Below, piece by piece: positions 41,701 to 53,955 of a DNA stretch of 64,000 bases (position 1 is its first letter; each line of letters opens with the position of its first letter). Made by a program: the position numbers and the translations under genes. Source of the stretch: Perkinsus olseni (Eukaryota); the NCBI GenBank assembly GCA_013115125.1, contig JABANN010000114.1:1-64000 (forward strand), in the 5' to 3' direction. A model generated the notes under the pieces. It did not search any database. It was given only the letters and a program-made list of their open reading frames with translations, and was not told where the DNA came from.

Positions 41701-42117
41701 CTGTGAGCGTGTGACGGTGTATTCCGATAGCCGAGATGGTGCTCTTATGTGGTCTGAACTTTTTAATAGAGAGAAGGCTCTCGGTAAATTTGTTGGTACC
41801 CTTTCCTGCGTGGATGAGCAGAGTGGCCATACCTATGGTGAGGCCTATGTTGACGTCATGGACACCACGCACATGGACCAGAATGTTCACCAACTCCGCC
41901 ATAACTTCTTCAATTTGAATGTCCAAGTCGTGTCTGACATAGCAGAGATAGTCCAGTCCTGCACGCCCGCGGCCAAGCGTAGCACTAGGCTCACTAAGAC
42001 GGGTAAGTGCATCATTAACATCATCAACTCTGGGACATCGCCATCGCGGTTGTTGTGTCAGGTCGAGGGAACGTATTCACATTCCTAAGTCCGCCCAGCT
42101 TTGTCAAAAACAACTAA
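38732..42117 (+). CDS. Membrane protein with C-terminal DUF900-like alpha/beta hydrolase
   Basis: N-terminal hydrophobic helices; YHGDVDSKGRPHGFGVW...KGVWMSG (MORN-like); LVYLHGYN, IHFLVHSMGAR, YSDSRDGAL, HNFF. Confidence 0.75.
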
Positions 42118-42352
42118 TACAATCTATAATTGCCATATTAACAAGATAATGTTTTCTCTGTCACATAGCCTCATGATAGTTGTCCTAGGTTTGTAACATA
42201 TTTCCCCCATACCAGAGGTCCACTCGCGCTTCTATCGCGTAGCTAACCATTGCTTCAGCTACCTCGACCCCTTCGAGCATCGGGCCTTCAACGTCCTGCG
42301 TTATTAATTGGGAGGTTGGTATGGGAATCTAGCCCTTTTATGCTGTATACAA

Positions 42353-43506
42353 ATGGTGTCTCATAAACGCCCACCGGACGACAACAACAGCGGTGGTAGT
42401 AGTAGTAGTAGCAGTAGCTACCTTGACCTGGACGCCTTCCCTGCATTCAAGGACCTCCTCAGAGCTCTATCCGACTATGCCAAAATGACTGGCTTCCGAT
42501 ACGAGTATCACAAGGGATGCAGTCCCTGATCATCATCCATCATCTTCCCTCAGCCCCCGGGATTTTCAAGATTCTTCCGACCTCAGCTCGGCCGGCAGCG
42601 TCGTCAGTGACTACCAACGGCGTCTTGTCTCCGGCACAGACCGAGAGTTGTGGCGGCAGGCAGTCAACGCGATTAGATGCGCTGAGCAGGAAGGCATTAG
42701 AACCGTCATGGTTGCAACTTGCCGCGATCTGGGCGTGTGGCCTGAGAGCGTGAAGCCTAGTGAGAGTTCTTGTAAGGAAGTGATTCTCATTCCCTGCTCC
42801 ATCACAGTGAGAGCAGGTATGGCCTGGCAGGACACATCGGAGCCTTTAGAGAAGATAGCGGTGGCGCTCTATAATCAACAGCACAATGTTGCTGATAGCG
42901 CAGACTATCAAGTACACTACACGCCTCTTCATTTCTGTCATCGTCATGATTATTCTAGGCGGTCTCCCGAACGGCGAGCTTCATATCCGATTTTGTCTAT
43001 GCCACTGTTGGGAGTGAGGACCCCGAACTTCACCAGGGTACGGTACTATTCACGGCGCTCACTACACATTTAGTACCACATTTTAGGTGAAAAGTCGAAG
43101 CTCATGCTCACAGCCTTCCTCAACCGAGTCAAGGAGTACCAGGCGCGTAAAGAGGCTAATATAGGGCGAGAGGAGCCCGAGGCATACAAGCGGATACGAG
43201 GGACAGTACGCTATGGCAACAGCCCCTTCCGCCACTCTGACCTCGCAGATTACGCCACCCTGGTCTGAGCAGGTACTCTCAGCTATGGATGGATGGGCGC
43301 CTCCGTCATTAGTATCGTACATAGGGGAGTGGACAAGTGATAACTTCCCTTCTCCAACCACAGCTGCCTTAGTAATACCACTGCTCGCGTTATCGTTGAC
43401 TTGTCATCCTTTTCCTCAGCTCGGTTTCGGAGTTGTTGCCGCGGCTACTGCAATAGGAGTGGCGGCTGCTATGAACCGATCCAAGAAAAACCATAGAAAA
43501 GAATGA
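42353..43506 (+). CDS. Hypothetical protein with C-terminal transmembrane anchor
   Basis: Spliced + strand exons from MVSHKRPPDDN to LGFGVVAAATAIGVAAAMNRSKKNHRKE* (tail-anchor-like). Confidence 0.55.
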
Positions 43507-43595
43507 ATCGTTATCAACTCTCACTCGAACAACAACATTTTTCAATCCGCTAGAGTTGTGTTCATGGAGTTGATTTAGCGGCTTTCACGAAAAGC

Positions 43596-44625
43596 ATGTT
43601 CTTTCTTCCGAGTGGTCGCCTGTATGCGGCGACGGCGGCCAGCGCTGAATTCAAGTCCCAGCTGCCCCGAACAGCCCACACGATATACCTAGCCCTTCTG
43701 AGTGGTCACTTCGGTGGTGCGGTATCGACCATAGTGTGCAGGAGCCCTATCTGCAAGCCTTCGCAGGGGGATAAAGGGTACTCCCACTCACGTGTACTGC
43801 AGGTTAGCATGGTTGCAGGTATCGTCTTGGTGGAGGCCAGTCACAGGGCAGAACGGCTATAACGATAATTCACCCTATCAGCGAACATCATGTGACCCTT
43901 CACGATACCAAGTGGAACTTGTTTCGGGCTACTCTCGTTGTTGTTGTTGTTGTTGCCATGCTACTCTAAGGTACCCGGTGACCTTCTGTGAGATGCGACC
44001 GATAACATGTATACCCGATCAACTCAAGCTGCATCCAGTGGCTATTGGACATCCTCTATTCGGTGACTATTACTACACTAATGATAGGTAGTACTACTTG
44101 CCCAGATGTTGAGGTAGGGAAACACCCCTCAGGGTCCTCGACGCCCACTACAAGGCAGGGAGGTTATTCACAATGCCTCGTGGACTCAAGGGGCCGACTA
44201 TCCAGCCCTGGTTATCATCCCCAGGCGTCTGGCAGGAACACCATCTGCGAGCTCTCTTCCCAGAGCACACTGACGAGGCTGGGGACTCGGCCCAGTGGAT
44301 CGTGCGATGGCCTTCTCGCTCTACTCCCGCTTTACCCGAGCCCCAGCCTCCACCTGAGACCCTTGACGAAGTGGTCATGGAGGATAAGGTAGCCGTATTG
44401 GGCTCTTGGAGGCCTTGGACTGCTGTGTGGTAGATCGGGAGTATCGTCGGTATCCCTTCGCTGGAGCCGTACGAGTCCGCCCTACGGCACTTGGCTGATA
44501 TCGAGTCGTCTGTGCGGCACTGGGGATTCATCGAAGGAGATGATTTCGAACTCGGAGAGATCAAAGATCCGAGGCGAGCCATCACTCGAGCAGCATCCCA
44601 CCTTCATCTGGAGGCTTCGCTATAG
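43596..44625 (+). CDS. Divergent RluA-family pseudouridine synthase-like protein
   Basis: TIYLALLSG, EMRPITCIPDQLKLH..IGHPLFGDYYY correspond to RluA motifs IIa and III. The catalytic HRLD motif was not found intact; 5' end uncertain. Confidence 0.55.
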
Positions 44626-44883
44626 ATACACCGATCGTGATGTGTTCTTCGACCAACCTCGGAAGTGGGTACGCAAGCTCTAACAGCATGTTTCCGTTCA
44701 ATATGTTTCAAACTGTTCACTTATATGTTCGAGCTTGGCACAGTCCCCAGCGGACGCATTGCACTTGCCGCCCAAATCTGATCATTCTGCCTGAGACGCT
44801 GATGAAGGGTGATGACTGAACACCAAGTTCCAAAGCGGTTGGAAATAGTCAACATACATCGGTAGATATACTTAATGGTACTA

Positions 44884-46681
44884 TCAGAGTGGTGTAACTG
44901 TGCATTGGCTTCGACGACCAGACGATCGAGTCTTCCTCAAGGACGCTCCCATAAGCCGCCGTTCCCTAGCCCTGCTCCAGCTCAGCTCCTTCATCAGGAA
45001 GAAGGTGTCCAATGGTGTTCCATCACGCATTTGGACGACAGGGCCTGGGCGGAGGTCGAAGTCTTGGTAAACTATCTTGGCTGTCCTGCAGGATATGTGC
45101 ACTCTGAAAAGGAATACGAATTTCATACTCCATCGAGGCAGTCCGGTCCCTTGGCCTGCTCCACGACATGAGAAAAGTTATTTCTGTCGACTACTGTACT
45201 ACTTCTATCCAGAACACGCGAGAAATAAATCAGCCCCCATCCCCCTCTTATGACCTCTTCGGATCGCCTGTGCTCTCCATGAGGTGCGCTGTAGTAACCC
45301 CTTCACCCCAAACATCGTAGATGAAGTTGCTGCCGCCAAGTATCCCCGCCACACACGTGCCAGTAGCGACTCCTATCCTCAACGCCAATGGGTTGCCATG
45401 ATCATCTCGTATACCCCTCTCTGGTATGCCCTCCTTCATTGCTAGGGCCATGCGACAGCCACAATGTGCGTGCTGTGGATTGGGAGTGGGTAGTCCGCAC
45501 GCCGCCATGTACGCATCACCACAGGTCTTGATCTTCTCAAGGCCATAGTCCTCGGCGATGTCATCAAAAAGAGTGAACAAATCATTGAGTAGAGCCACCA
45601 GATCCTCCGGTCTCATCCTACTGGTCATATTGGTAAAGGCGACCACATCCGAAAAAACGATCGTAACTTGGTCGAATCTCTGGGCCAAACCAGATGGGAA
45701 GATATGATCGAACCCTCTGGCCTTGATAGATGCCACTATAGTTTCTGGTAGCACATTCAAGAGTAACTTCTCACTCCTCTCGGTCTCGTTGGCTAATGTA
45801 ACGCCAAGGACGTAGTCCTTTCGTAATAGTCGGCCATACATGTACTTGACCACTAGAAGTATTCCCGTGCAAAAGATGGTAAATGCTATATTTTCACCCG
45901 GCTGAGAAAAGTAACCGCTCTTCATTCGCGGGTCAGGAGAGAGGTAAAGTAAAGGGTAATGTACAGTATACTCGACAAGTAGAAAAAATATTGCCACATA
46001 GAAGAAGTGTACGAAGCGGAGATGGTAACAGGTGCCAAGACAGTATATTATCAGCACTGTGTCGAAGGTATCCTCTATAGACCAGCAATAAAAAGGAAAA
46101 ACAAAGGGTGCTACATAGACCCACATCATAGCAATAATGCCGGTAATGAAAGCTAGTATCCAATGTATCAAGGCGTGATTGGTAATAAACCACGAGCTTC
46201 CATCACGGAAGTAAATGCTCAGGCCACCTGTTATAATACCTGATAATATTATTATCAATTCTGGTGAGGCAACCAGTACTGACCAATAGCTGATTGAGTC
46301 AGTTTTACCATAGCACAGTACAGTACTTCGAACATAATCTCCCATGATCTTAGCCTCCGATAGAGAGTCGTTCAAGCAAGCATAGCGAACGTAGGCCACT
46401 ATGAAGGAGCAGCATATGGCCAACACGGCATTCCAGCATCTGTGAATCTTCGAGGCACATAACCGCCTGGTCCAATCCATAACGTAGCTCTTCTCCAAAC
46501 CAGCATTAGGGAATTCTAGAGTGAATAGGTTCATACCATGACCAAACTGTTCCCAGAGACCATCCCGTTGGAGCGTATCAAATCCAAGCTTACGCCACGA
46601 TACATGGGGATCTTCGGCAGGGTCACGATCACCCAATAGATACCGGAACCGCCATGGTAAACATTCAAGAACCGACGTCAT
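44884..46681 (-). CDS. Membrane-bound class III nucleotide (adenylate-type) cyclase
   Basis: 477-aa ORF plus a final exon. About six TM helices, then SEKLLLNVLP, TIVFSDVVAFT, EKIKTCGDAYM, LRIGVATG, YDVWG, MESTG, RVHIS. Confidence 0.9.
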
Positions 46682-46774
46682 TCACCACGCGACGCTGTGG
46701 TCACGACGGCAGCAACAGCAGCGACCGTCTGAGTAGGAGTTTTGTGGCGCGTGACGCTACTTCGAGACAGAAAA

Positions 46775-48369
46775 ATGGCAGCGGCTGTTCCTGCCTTATC
46801 CGGTCGGAGTAGTGTCTTCACCAGACCTTTGTCATCCTTTCTTCGAGCGAATGGGAGGTAATAGGGCGGCACGTCAAACGGTACCAAAATTACCAAGTCA
46901 GGTTTGGTATCGTTCCGAGGGCTTCCTTCTCTACACTATTACGGAAGGAGTCCAGCTACCGATTCGACTCAAGGTGAGGGTGCCTTGTGCTTCAAGCTGC
47001 TTACCGAATATCTTCCTTTTAGTCGGGTAGTAGTACCGCATAGGAACAAGAAACGGGGCGAGGATGCTTCATTCAATAGCGACCTGTAAGTCCAAGGGCC
47101 GTCATTCAACATCAGCTGCCCTCTTGTAGGTATCTAGGTGTCGCTGACGGGGTTGGAGGTTGGATACTGGAAGGGGTGGACTCTGGGGAGTACAGCAGGC
47201 TGCTCATGCATAAGTACTATAGGGGAGTGGGGGAAGGGGGATGGATGGTAACCATTGTCGCAGAATATGCAACGAGATCAGAGAATATGAGAAGGCTCTG
47301 TTGCGAGATGAGAGTGGCGAAAGGGCTAGATGCCCGGACCCCGTGATGGCTATGACCAGGGCAGCGAGGCATATTGATCTGCTGGGTAGGAAAGCGGAGC
47401 TGGGAGGCCTTGGCTCATGTCAAGTCGATCGATGTGGGGCTTTATCGAGGCAGCGGGTGGAAGGAATCTTAGAGCTAGTGATGTAGGATACCGCAATGTT
47501 GAGGGTTTACCACGGAATACTCAGTAACCGTTAAGGACTGCGCTGAAGTGCCGATGACGAAGGGCGTCAACTGTAACAGTCAGGCTCGTCAACTTGCCTG
47601 TTGTGTTTCCTCGACCCCAATACCGGCATTCTCAACACAGCCAACGTGGGCGACTCAGCATGGATGGCCTTCCGCCCGGGGACTTCACTGGTACTCGTTA
47701 AAGCTGAGGCTGCTACGACATCCACCGCCTCGTTGGGTAGGGATACCGGAGTAAAGAACAGACCTTCGCATTCAACGCTCCGTACCAGCTCGATAGAAAC
47801 CAGCGGGTGTCATCACCCCTTCGACTGGCTCAGAGGTCCAAGACACGTCTGGAGGAGGGGGACATGGTGAGATCTACTACGAGGCATCCCTACTCCTGGT
47901 AGGAGTTTAATGGCCGCTGACAGGTCGTAGTTGCCAGCGACGGCCTCTGGGATAATGTTTTTGATAAGGATATCATGCGCGTACTGCAGAAAGAGCAGGG
48001 TGACGTGCATGCAGCAGCGACCGAGCTAGCTACTATGGCGGTCAATAACGGCCGGAATAGGTATGTCGTGGGGCAGCGACCGTGTAGTAGTGGCCTACGG
48101 TAGAACCTACGCCTCTCCCTTCTTCCGCCATGCCCTCCAGCAGAGGACTTTCGTCGGACTAGGAGGTTAGTGCTGCTTCGCTCATCCGTCATCATCAGGG
48201 ATTACCTTGTTCTTCAGGCAAGGAGGATGATGTGACAGTTGTGGTGGGTAGGCTGACTCGGACATCAGAACCGTCCAACGAAGGTGAGCCCAAATTCTCT
48301 CTTTAAGGCAACACACTCTGTCGCTCAGTTATCGACATCGATGAGAGCGAGGCTGAGCTGCGGATATAG
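46775..48369 (+). CDS. PP2C phosphatase, PTC7 family (copy 1)
   Basis: GEDASF, GVADGVGGW, GSSTCLL, ANVGDS, FNAPYQL, ASDGLWDN, GKEDDVTVVV. R/S-rich N-terminus resembling a transit peptide. Confidence 0.88.
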
Positions 48370-48518
48370 TGTCTCCGACGGTAGTACCTCTCGAAGGATA
48401 GATAACCCTTTCACTGCCCAATAATCCGTTCAATGGCTGCTAGAGTTGTTCTTTTTCGGTAGTGTCATTCTTGTTGTGTTTGTTCGAAGTGGCCTACTAT
48501 GTCGGTGCCTGTATCAGT

Positions 48519-50024
48519 ATGTTATCCAATATAAATTTTTATAAGTCGTGGAAGGTTCCTGCAGTAGCAGCGGCAGCTCGGCGAACACTCGCTGGGAGGA
48601 CCTCCACCCCATTGGCCTTCAGAGGCATATCTTCAACTTCACGCCGACCCAACACGGCTCGTAACAGCAGCTTTTATCAGTTCAGCGCAAGGTGGATGGA
48701 CGGATGGTCCAAAGTCGCCCCATGCTGGTCATTTCAGTCGAATAGTGATCCCCAACTTCAGAAAGGAGGTGGGTGAGGATGCGTCATTTCACAGCAATTT
48801 GTAAGGCCCCCTTCGCTCCGCGGCGCTGCCCAATGCTGAGCTGTGTAAGGTACATCGGTGTAGCAGACGGCGTTGGAGGCAAGAATGTGTCCGGTGTGGA
48901 CCCAGCTCGCTACAGCCGGGCTCTCGTACACAAGTGAGTAGAAGTCATGAAACCCACCCACGCCCATGACAGCATGCCATCAGTATCGTCGGTGAGATAA
49001 CCCACTACGAGAAGGAGTGTTTAGCCCATCAACCCTCAACGGACAGGGGCACGGCTGCAGCTGAATTTGCCTATCGGCCGCCGGATCCCCAAGCGGTGAT
49101 GGCTCGAGCAGCGTCTCGAACGACGGACATACTCGGTAGTAGAACGACCATGGTAGGTGTGGTAGTTGGTCATGACGTCTTTTTCAGGCTCTGCTACTTG
49201 CCTCATTGGTTTCCTCTCCCCCCTCACTGGAGTTCTCCACACTTGCAACGTCGGGGACTCGTGTTTTCTTGTCTATCGGTCGAATGAACAGAAGGTTGGT
49301 GGAGTTTTTCCGAAGCTATGCTTGGTATCATCTCTAACTCAGGTGCTGTACCGCTCGAAGGAGCAGCTGCGGACCTTCAATTTCCCTTACCAGATAGGGC
49401 CAGCCACCCCAGATCTGCCCTTACAGAGCGGCGTTGTGAAGAAGATCCAGCTCGAGGAAGGGGACAAAGTGGGCAAAAATGAGATGCAAGTGGTTGAATA
49501 TCGGATCATTTGTTCAGGTTGTTTTCGCGACCGATGGCCTCTGGGATAACCTGTATGACGAGGATGTCTGTAGTATCGTTCAAGGTACTGCCGACAATGT
49601 CAAACTAGCATGTCGTACACTGGCAGAGGCAGCTTACAGGAACAGCCGCGATAAGTGAGTCTCTAGCTTCCCTTCTTGCTATGCGGCAGTACCCTTGTTT
49701 CAGGACATACTTTTCGCCCTTCAGTGAGCGTGCTGCAGAGTTTTTTGGTCACCGCATCCACATAGGAGGTAGGCTACATGTGACGAGACAATAGAGGTCA
49801 TCGAAGGGTGCGGTCAGGTAAAGTAGACGACATATCAATTGTTGTCGCCGATGTCGAGCGGAGAACACTCAGTCCTGTCCTAGGTGAGTGGTCGAAGAGG
49901 ATGATGGAGTGATTGTTACTGCTGTTCCTCAGAGCCTCACATCACTGAGGTTAGTCAGAATGATGATTGTTTGCCCTGTCCACAAACCTTAGCTCGACTG
50001 AAGTTCAGCGTGGCTGCGGCGTGA
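48519..50024 (+). CDS. PP2C phosphatase, PTC7 family (copy 2)
   Basis: GGEDASF, GVADGVGG, GSATCLI, CNVGDS, EQLRTFNFPYQIG, ATDGLWDN, SPFS, GKVDDISIVV. Basic, acid-free N-terminus resembling a mitochondrial presequence. Confidence 0.88.
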
Positions 50025-50571
50025 TTTAACATCATGTTTACTACTTGTATACATCCTAACTGCTCCACTGTCAATTCTCGATGTAATAATCTTATCGTGT
50101 TGAAAGAGGCAAGTTGAGTTGAATTTATGAGTGGATATTATTAACAATTATCAGCCATGTTTCGCCTGGTGGGACATGTCGAGCCCCAATCGGGACCGCA
50201 CATTGCTCGTGTAAGACACACAACCCAGTCATTATCAGCTAATTAAAGTATTAGCCTCGGCAATTCCACTGGGCATTTGCGTGAAGGAGCTGAGCGGCTT
50301 TGACCACTCTATGGTGGAAGTGTGCCCCAGCACACCGAGAGCGATACCAGTGAATCGATAACAATAACAAAGGATAGAGTTTCCCAATCTCGTGGTCTCG
50401 CTAATATGAGCGCTGTGATATTCAGTCACCGTCAATCGATCGTGGCTTTCAATGTCTTATGGTACTCATACTTGATGTAAACACAAGGGCCGAAATCATG
50501 AACTGGACAGTACATTACAGAGTCCACTGAAAGCGGAACTCGCTGGTAGAGGAAGAAAAACAGTAACAAGC

Positions 50572-51811
50572 TCAGTTTTGCTGCTCTAGGAGATGCTCGA
50601 TAGTGGAGAGGTCCTGGCACCAGTAGTCCCACACACAAGCTTCCTTGGCATCCTTTTGATGGGAAGAGGCTGATCGAGAAGCGTGTGGGAAAAGCCGATA
50701 CGCACAAGTCGACTTACCCGCAATCGCACGCTCTTCGGAAGTCACGCCAGAGCAAACTAGGAGCGACTCCATCCCGGAGTTCAGACCGAAGTAGATATCC
50801 GTGTCGATGCGATCACCTTATCACAGACATCTCACCACAACCAGGGTGCACAGTGATACTTACCAACCATCACCATCCGTGATGCCGGCGTATCCGGATG
50901 AGCCTTTCGAATGGCAGCTTGCATGGCGAAGGGTTCTGGCTTGGCGATGAAGCAGTCCGGCTGACGACCAGATGCTGTAGCGAGCGCACGGACGATGCAT
51001 AAGTTGCCCGGAGCCATCTGAGATTGTATCGATCCGAGATGTGGCTCAGGGATGAGCACCTACCAGGGCACCCTTGGCTACTGGGATCTGGGCGTCAGGA
51101 TTAGTGGCGATGAATTTGCAGCCTGGGATGAGTTGAAGACACAGTGATGCATAAGCCAGCTTGTAGTAGTTGATTTGTACGTCAAAACCTACCATCAGAG
51201 TACCATAGTACGAACTTCGAGGCTCCACCAACCAGAGATGACTGCCTGTATGCTTGGGTCGACGGTGATGTCCCTGAGAGACTCAGCGTCCATGGCTTTA
51301 CCGCTGTCGGCTTCCCCGCCGCCAACAACAGTGATGCCCTGACTCTCGAGCTCTCGGACCATGTTCTGGGATCCGATCGCGTACCTACACCCCGCAGGCA
51401 TCCTCGGTGTCACCCTAGTGTCACCGCTTACACTCGAGTAATGCCGAGCTGCTTGAGCCTGAGGCCAGTAAGGTAGGCGCTGCATAGAGCCTTGTCCTCT
51501 TTGAAGAGCCCCTTCACTTCAGGGTACATCTCAGTGATTTTGTCGACGTATTGCTGACGAGTCTTCGAGCTATTGTTAGTAAGGCACCAAACGTCCTTGC
51601 CCTCATCATACAGCCTCTTGAGTAGGGACCCGACGCCATCAAAGGTGATGTTACCATCGTAGAGGCATCCATCGCAATCAAAGATAAAAACGTCGTGGTT
51701 ATCGATGAACCTGCGGGCCTCGGCAGGAGTGTCTATGTGTACGCCTGCCCTAAGATGGCTCTTGTGGGATGAGGTACTGGTAGGGCTGCTGCTGCCAGAG
51801 AGAGAGGACAT
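50572..51811 (-). CDS. HAD-IIA phosphatase (phosphoglycolate / p-nitrophenyl phosphatase)
   Basis: VFIFDCDGCLY, LTNNSSKTR, VGFD, FIATNPD, IAKPEP, MVGDRIDTDIYFG, LLVCSGVT. Confidence 0.92.
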
Positions 51812-51929
51812 CAGAAAGATAAAACAGAGGAAGGAGACTGAGCGAGCGCTCGTCCAAAGCGAGAAGAAGCTGAACACTGGTCGTTCATCACGCCGAAACA
51901 CTGAATTCGTCATCCCGTTCGCGTAGCTC

Positions 51930-53743
51930 TCAGAACTCAACGGGCTCCACTTTGTCGTAGCCAGCGAGGATATCCTCAACCTGCTCAGGGTCAACCTTGG
52001 ATATCTTCGCCGGGGTGTAGTCCGGGGGCATTCCCTGACGAGAACACGACGTGAGCATGAAAGGCTGTAGACAGAGGCTAAGTTCTCAGAGGTCCCGCAA
52101 GGCTCAGCGACTGCGTACTGCTGTGACCTACCTTGCCCTTGTCAAACAGCGTGAAGCGGACGCCCTCCTTGAAGTTGTAGTTATCAACATGAGTAATGGA
52201 GGCCCCCATAAGATACCTATGGACGAGTCCCAGTCAACCAACAGCCCGATACTGCTACTAGGTACTCTCGTGCTAGACAGTCCCCCAATGATGACTGCTC
52301 TCGTAAGGCCTTGTCGTGAAGAGCGTACCACACCGCGCAGGAGGTAGGACACTTCCGGCTAAGGGTATCTGCCACATCCCGATTCCCCATTCCCGTGCTC
52401 ACAGCGGCAGCGATTCTACTTAGACATTTCTCTGCGAAGGGATTGGTATCCTTCTGTGCTTCCAGAGCAGCGATAATGTCCATCAGGGAAGAATGATGGC
52501 CAGGTCCGAAGAACCTGCCAGGTCATGGAAGATACTCCACTCCTCAACGACGGGCGACGGACCGTTCTATTTGCTGTAGAGTATCGGCGCTCAGTAAGGG
52601 ATCCTGGTGGACATCCTCGAGGTCCACACTACAGGCCGCATCCAACACCTTGTCGACCTCACCCTCGCATGCCATCAAGTCCGACCTGAACAGCGCAGCC
52701 TCATGGGGACAGGTAACACAAGAAGAGCGACGGTGATAATCACCTAAGCTGATCCATTTTGTAAGAATCCATGTAGTGGGTTGCCAAACCGTGCTTCAAC
52801 AAGTCAACGCCGTTGAGGCGAGCTCCTGTAAGGCCTGCCACCACCAAGTGAAATAATCATGTTTGTGAAGCGCGGGCTGCACCTAGATAGAGTCCCAGCC
52901 CAGGAGACTTCAAACGGGAGAGGAAATACGATGCACCAATATCAGGAACCTGACCAGTGGATGGATATCCGCACAGCTAACCGACTCGGTACAGTACGAA
53001 TCCGATGCCTGTCTCCGGCATAGAGAATATCGTATTCTCAGCAGCAATACGGTGCGTGCCATACAAGGAGAGGCCAACGCCTCCACCCATGACGATACCG
53101 TTCCAAAGGGACACCCAATTCGAGGGGTACCTACTATGCTGTCATTCAAACGTAGGGCGACGGAAGCAGCTTACGTATGGATTCGATGGTTCATTTGGAA
53201 CTCGGTAGCAAACCACCTAGAAGAGAGATGAGTAACAATTGCCGACGGGCGAGATCTCACCTCAAATTCCATCCACTGTTGCCCTCGTCAGCCATACGAG
53301 CCACATCTCCTCCGGCGCAGAAGGCCCGCTGACCCTCTCCAGTGACTACGACCTACTAGACTCCCATCCAGCATAGTATATGACATATACTATCTGTGAT
53401 CGTACTCCTACCGTAGGTGGGCTGTCACTGAGCATCCACTCGCCAACCCAGCTGTTGATACAGGAGACCTAACCGAAGACTGTAACGGTGGCCTAGCGAT
53501 GGTAGCACTACTTGGTCCAACGTCAAGGCATTGAGCTTAGAAGGTCTGTTGAGGTGAATGTTGACGACCTTGCGAGACTCCGATGCGGAAAGCTTGAGCT
53601 CGCCAGTGTGGATGGCTGAGGCGCTAGCACCTGCGAAGGGCGGTGCTGGAGACCTGATAGATCCACGGACTACTACTACTATGGGCCCCCACTGACGATG
53701 CGGCGGTGGACACATGCCTCGCTACGCTCCCCAGACGATTCAT
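51930..53743 (-). CDS. HIBCH: 3-hydroxyisobutyryl-CoA hydrolase (crotonase fold)
   Basis: LNRPSKLNALT, GEGQRAFCAGGDV, WNGIVMGGGVGLS, FSMPETGIG, LTGARLNG, KCPTS, FHAHVVFVSKGMP. Exon 1 reads MNRLGSVARHVSTAASSVGAH from ATG 53743. Confidence 0.88.
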
Positions 53744-53864
53744 CAGAAAAAACAACTGTCCGGAAATGACCCCAGTCCCCCCTCAGCCAAGCGGCACTTC
53801 AACTCGATACATCAAGAATGTCTTAGTAAGTATGTACAGTGTGTCTACACACGATTCCGTGTGC

Positions 53865-53931
53865 GAGGATACTGTCAGCGCAAGCTCTGTCATTTACTGA
53901 TGATTGCTGAGCTGCACTTCATTCGTCCCTC
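53865..53931 (-). promoter_or_regulatory. SECIS element (type II-like) in the 3' UTR of the selenoprotein gene
   Basis: Minus strand: GAGGGAC-GA-ATGAA-GTGCAGCTC-AGCAA-TCAT-CAGTAA-ATGA-CA-GAGCTTGCGC-TGAC-A-GTATCCTC. It shows helix I, an AUGA/GA quartet, a ~10-bp helix II, an AA motif and an apical mini-stem, and starts ~25 nt after the TAA. Confidence 0.8.
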
Positions 53932-53955
53932 AACGACTTAGTAAAACTCGGACTT

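Noticed and set aside
50160-50470. RNase MRP-like TGGGGCTC motif on the minus strand between converging genes
   Set aside because: No matching 5' GAAAGTCCCC half of helix P4 was found, so an RNA gene cannot be supported.
51812-51994. Open frame bridging the HIBCH end and the HAD phosphatase (possible fusion)
   Set aside because: It is a different frame from the HIBCH last exon, which has its own TGA at 51930, and the bridge is a pyrimidine-rich spacer.
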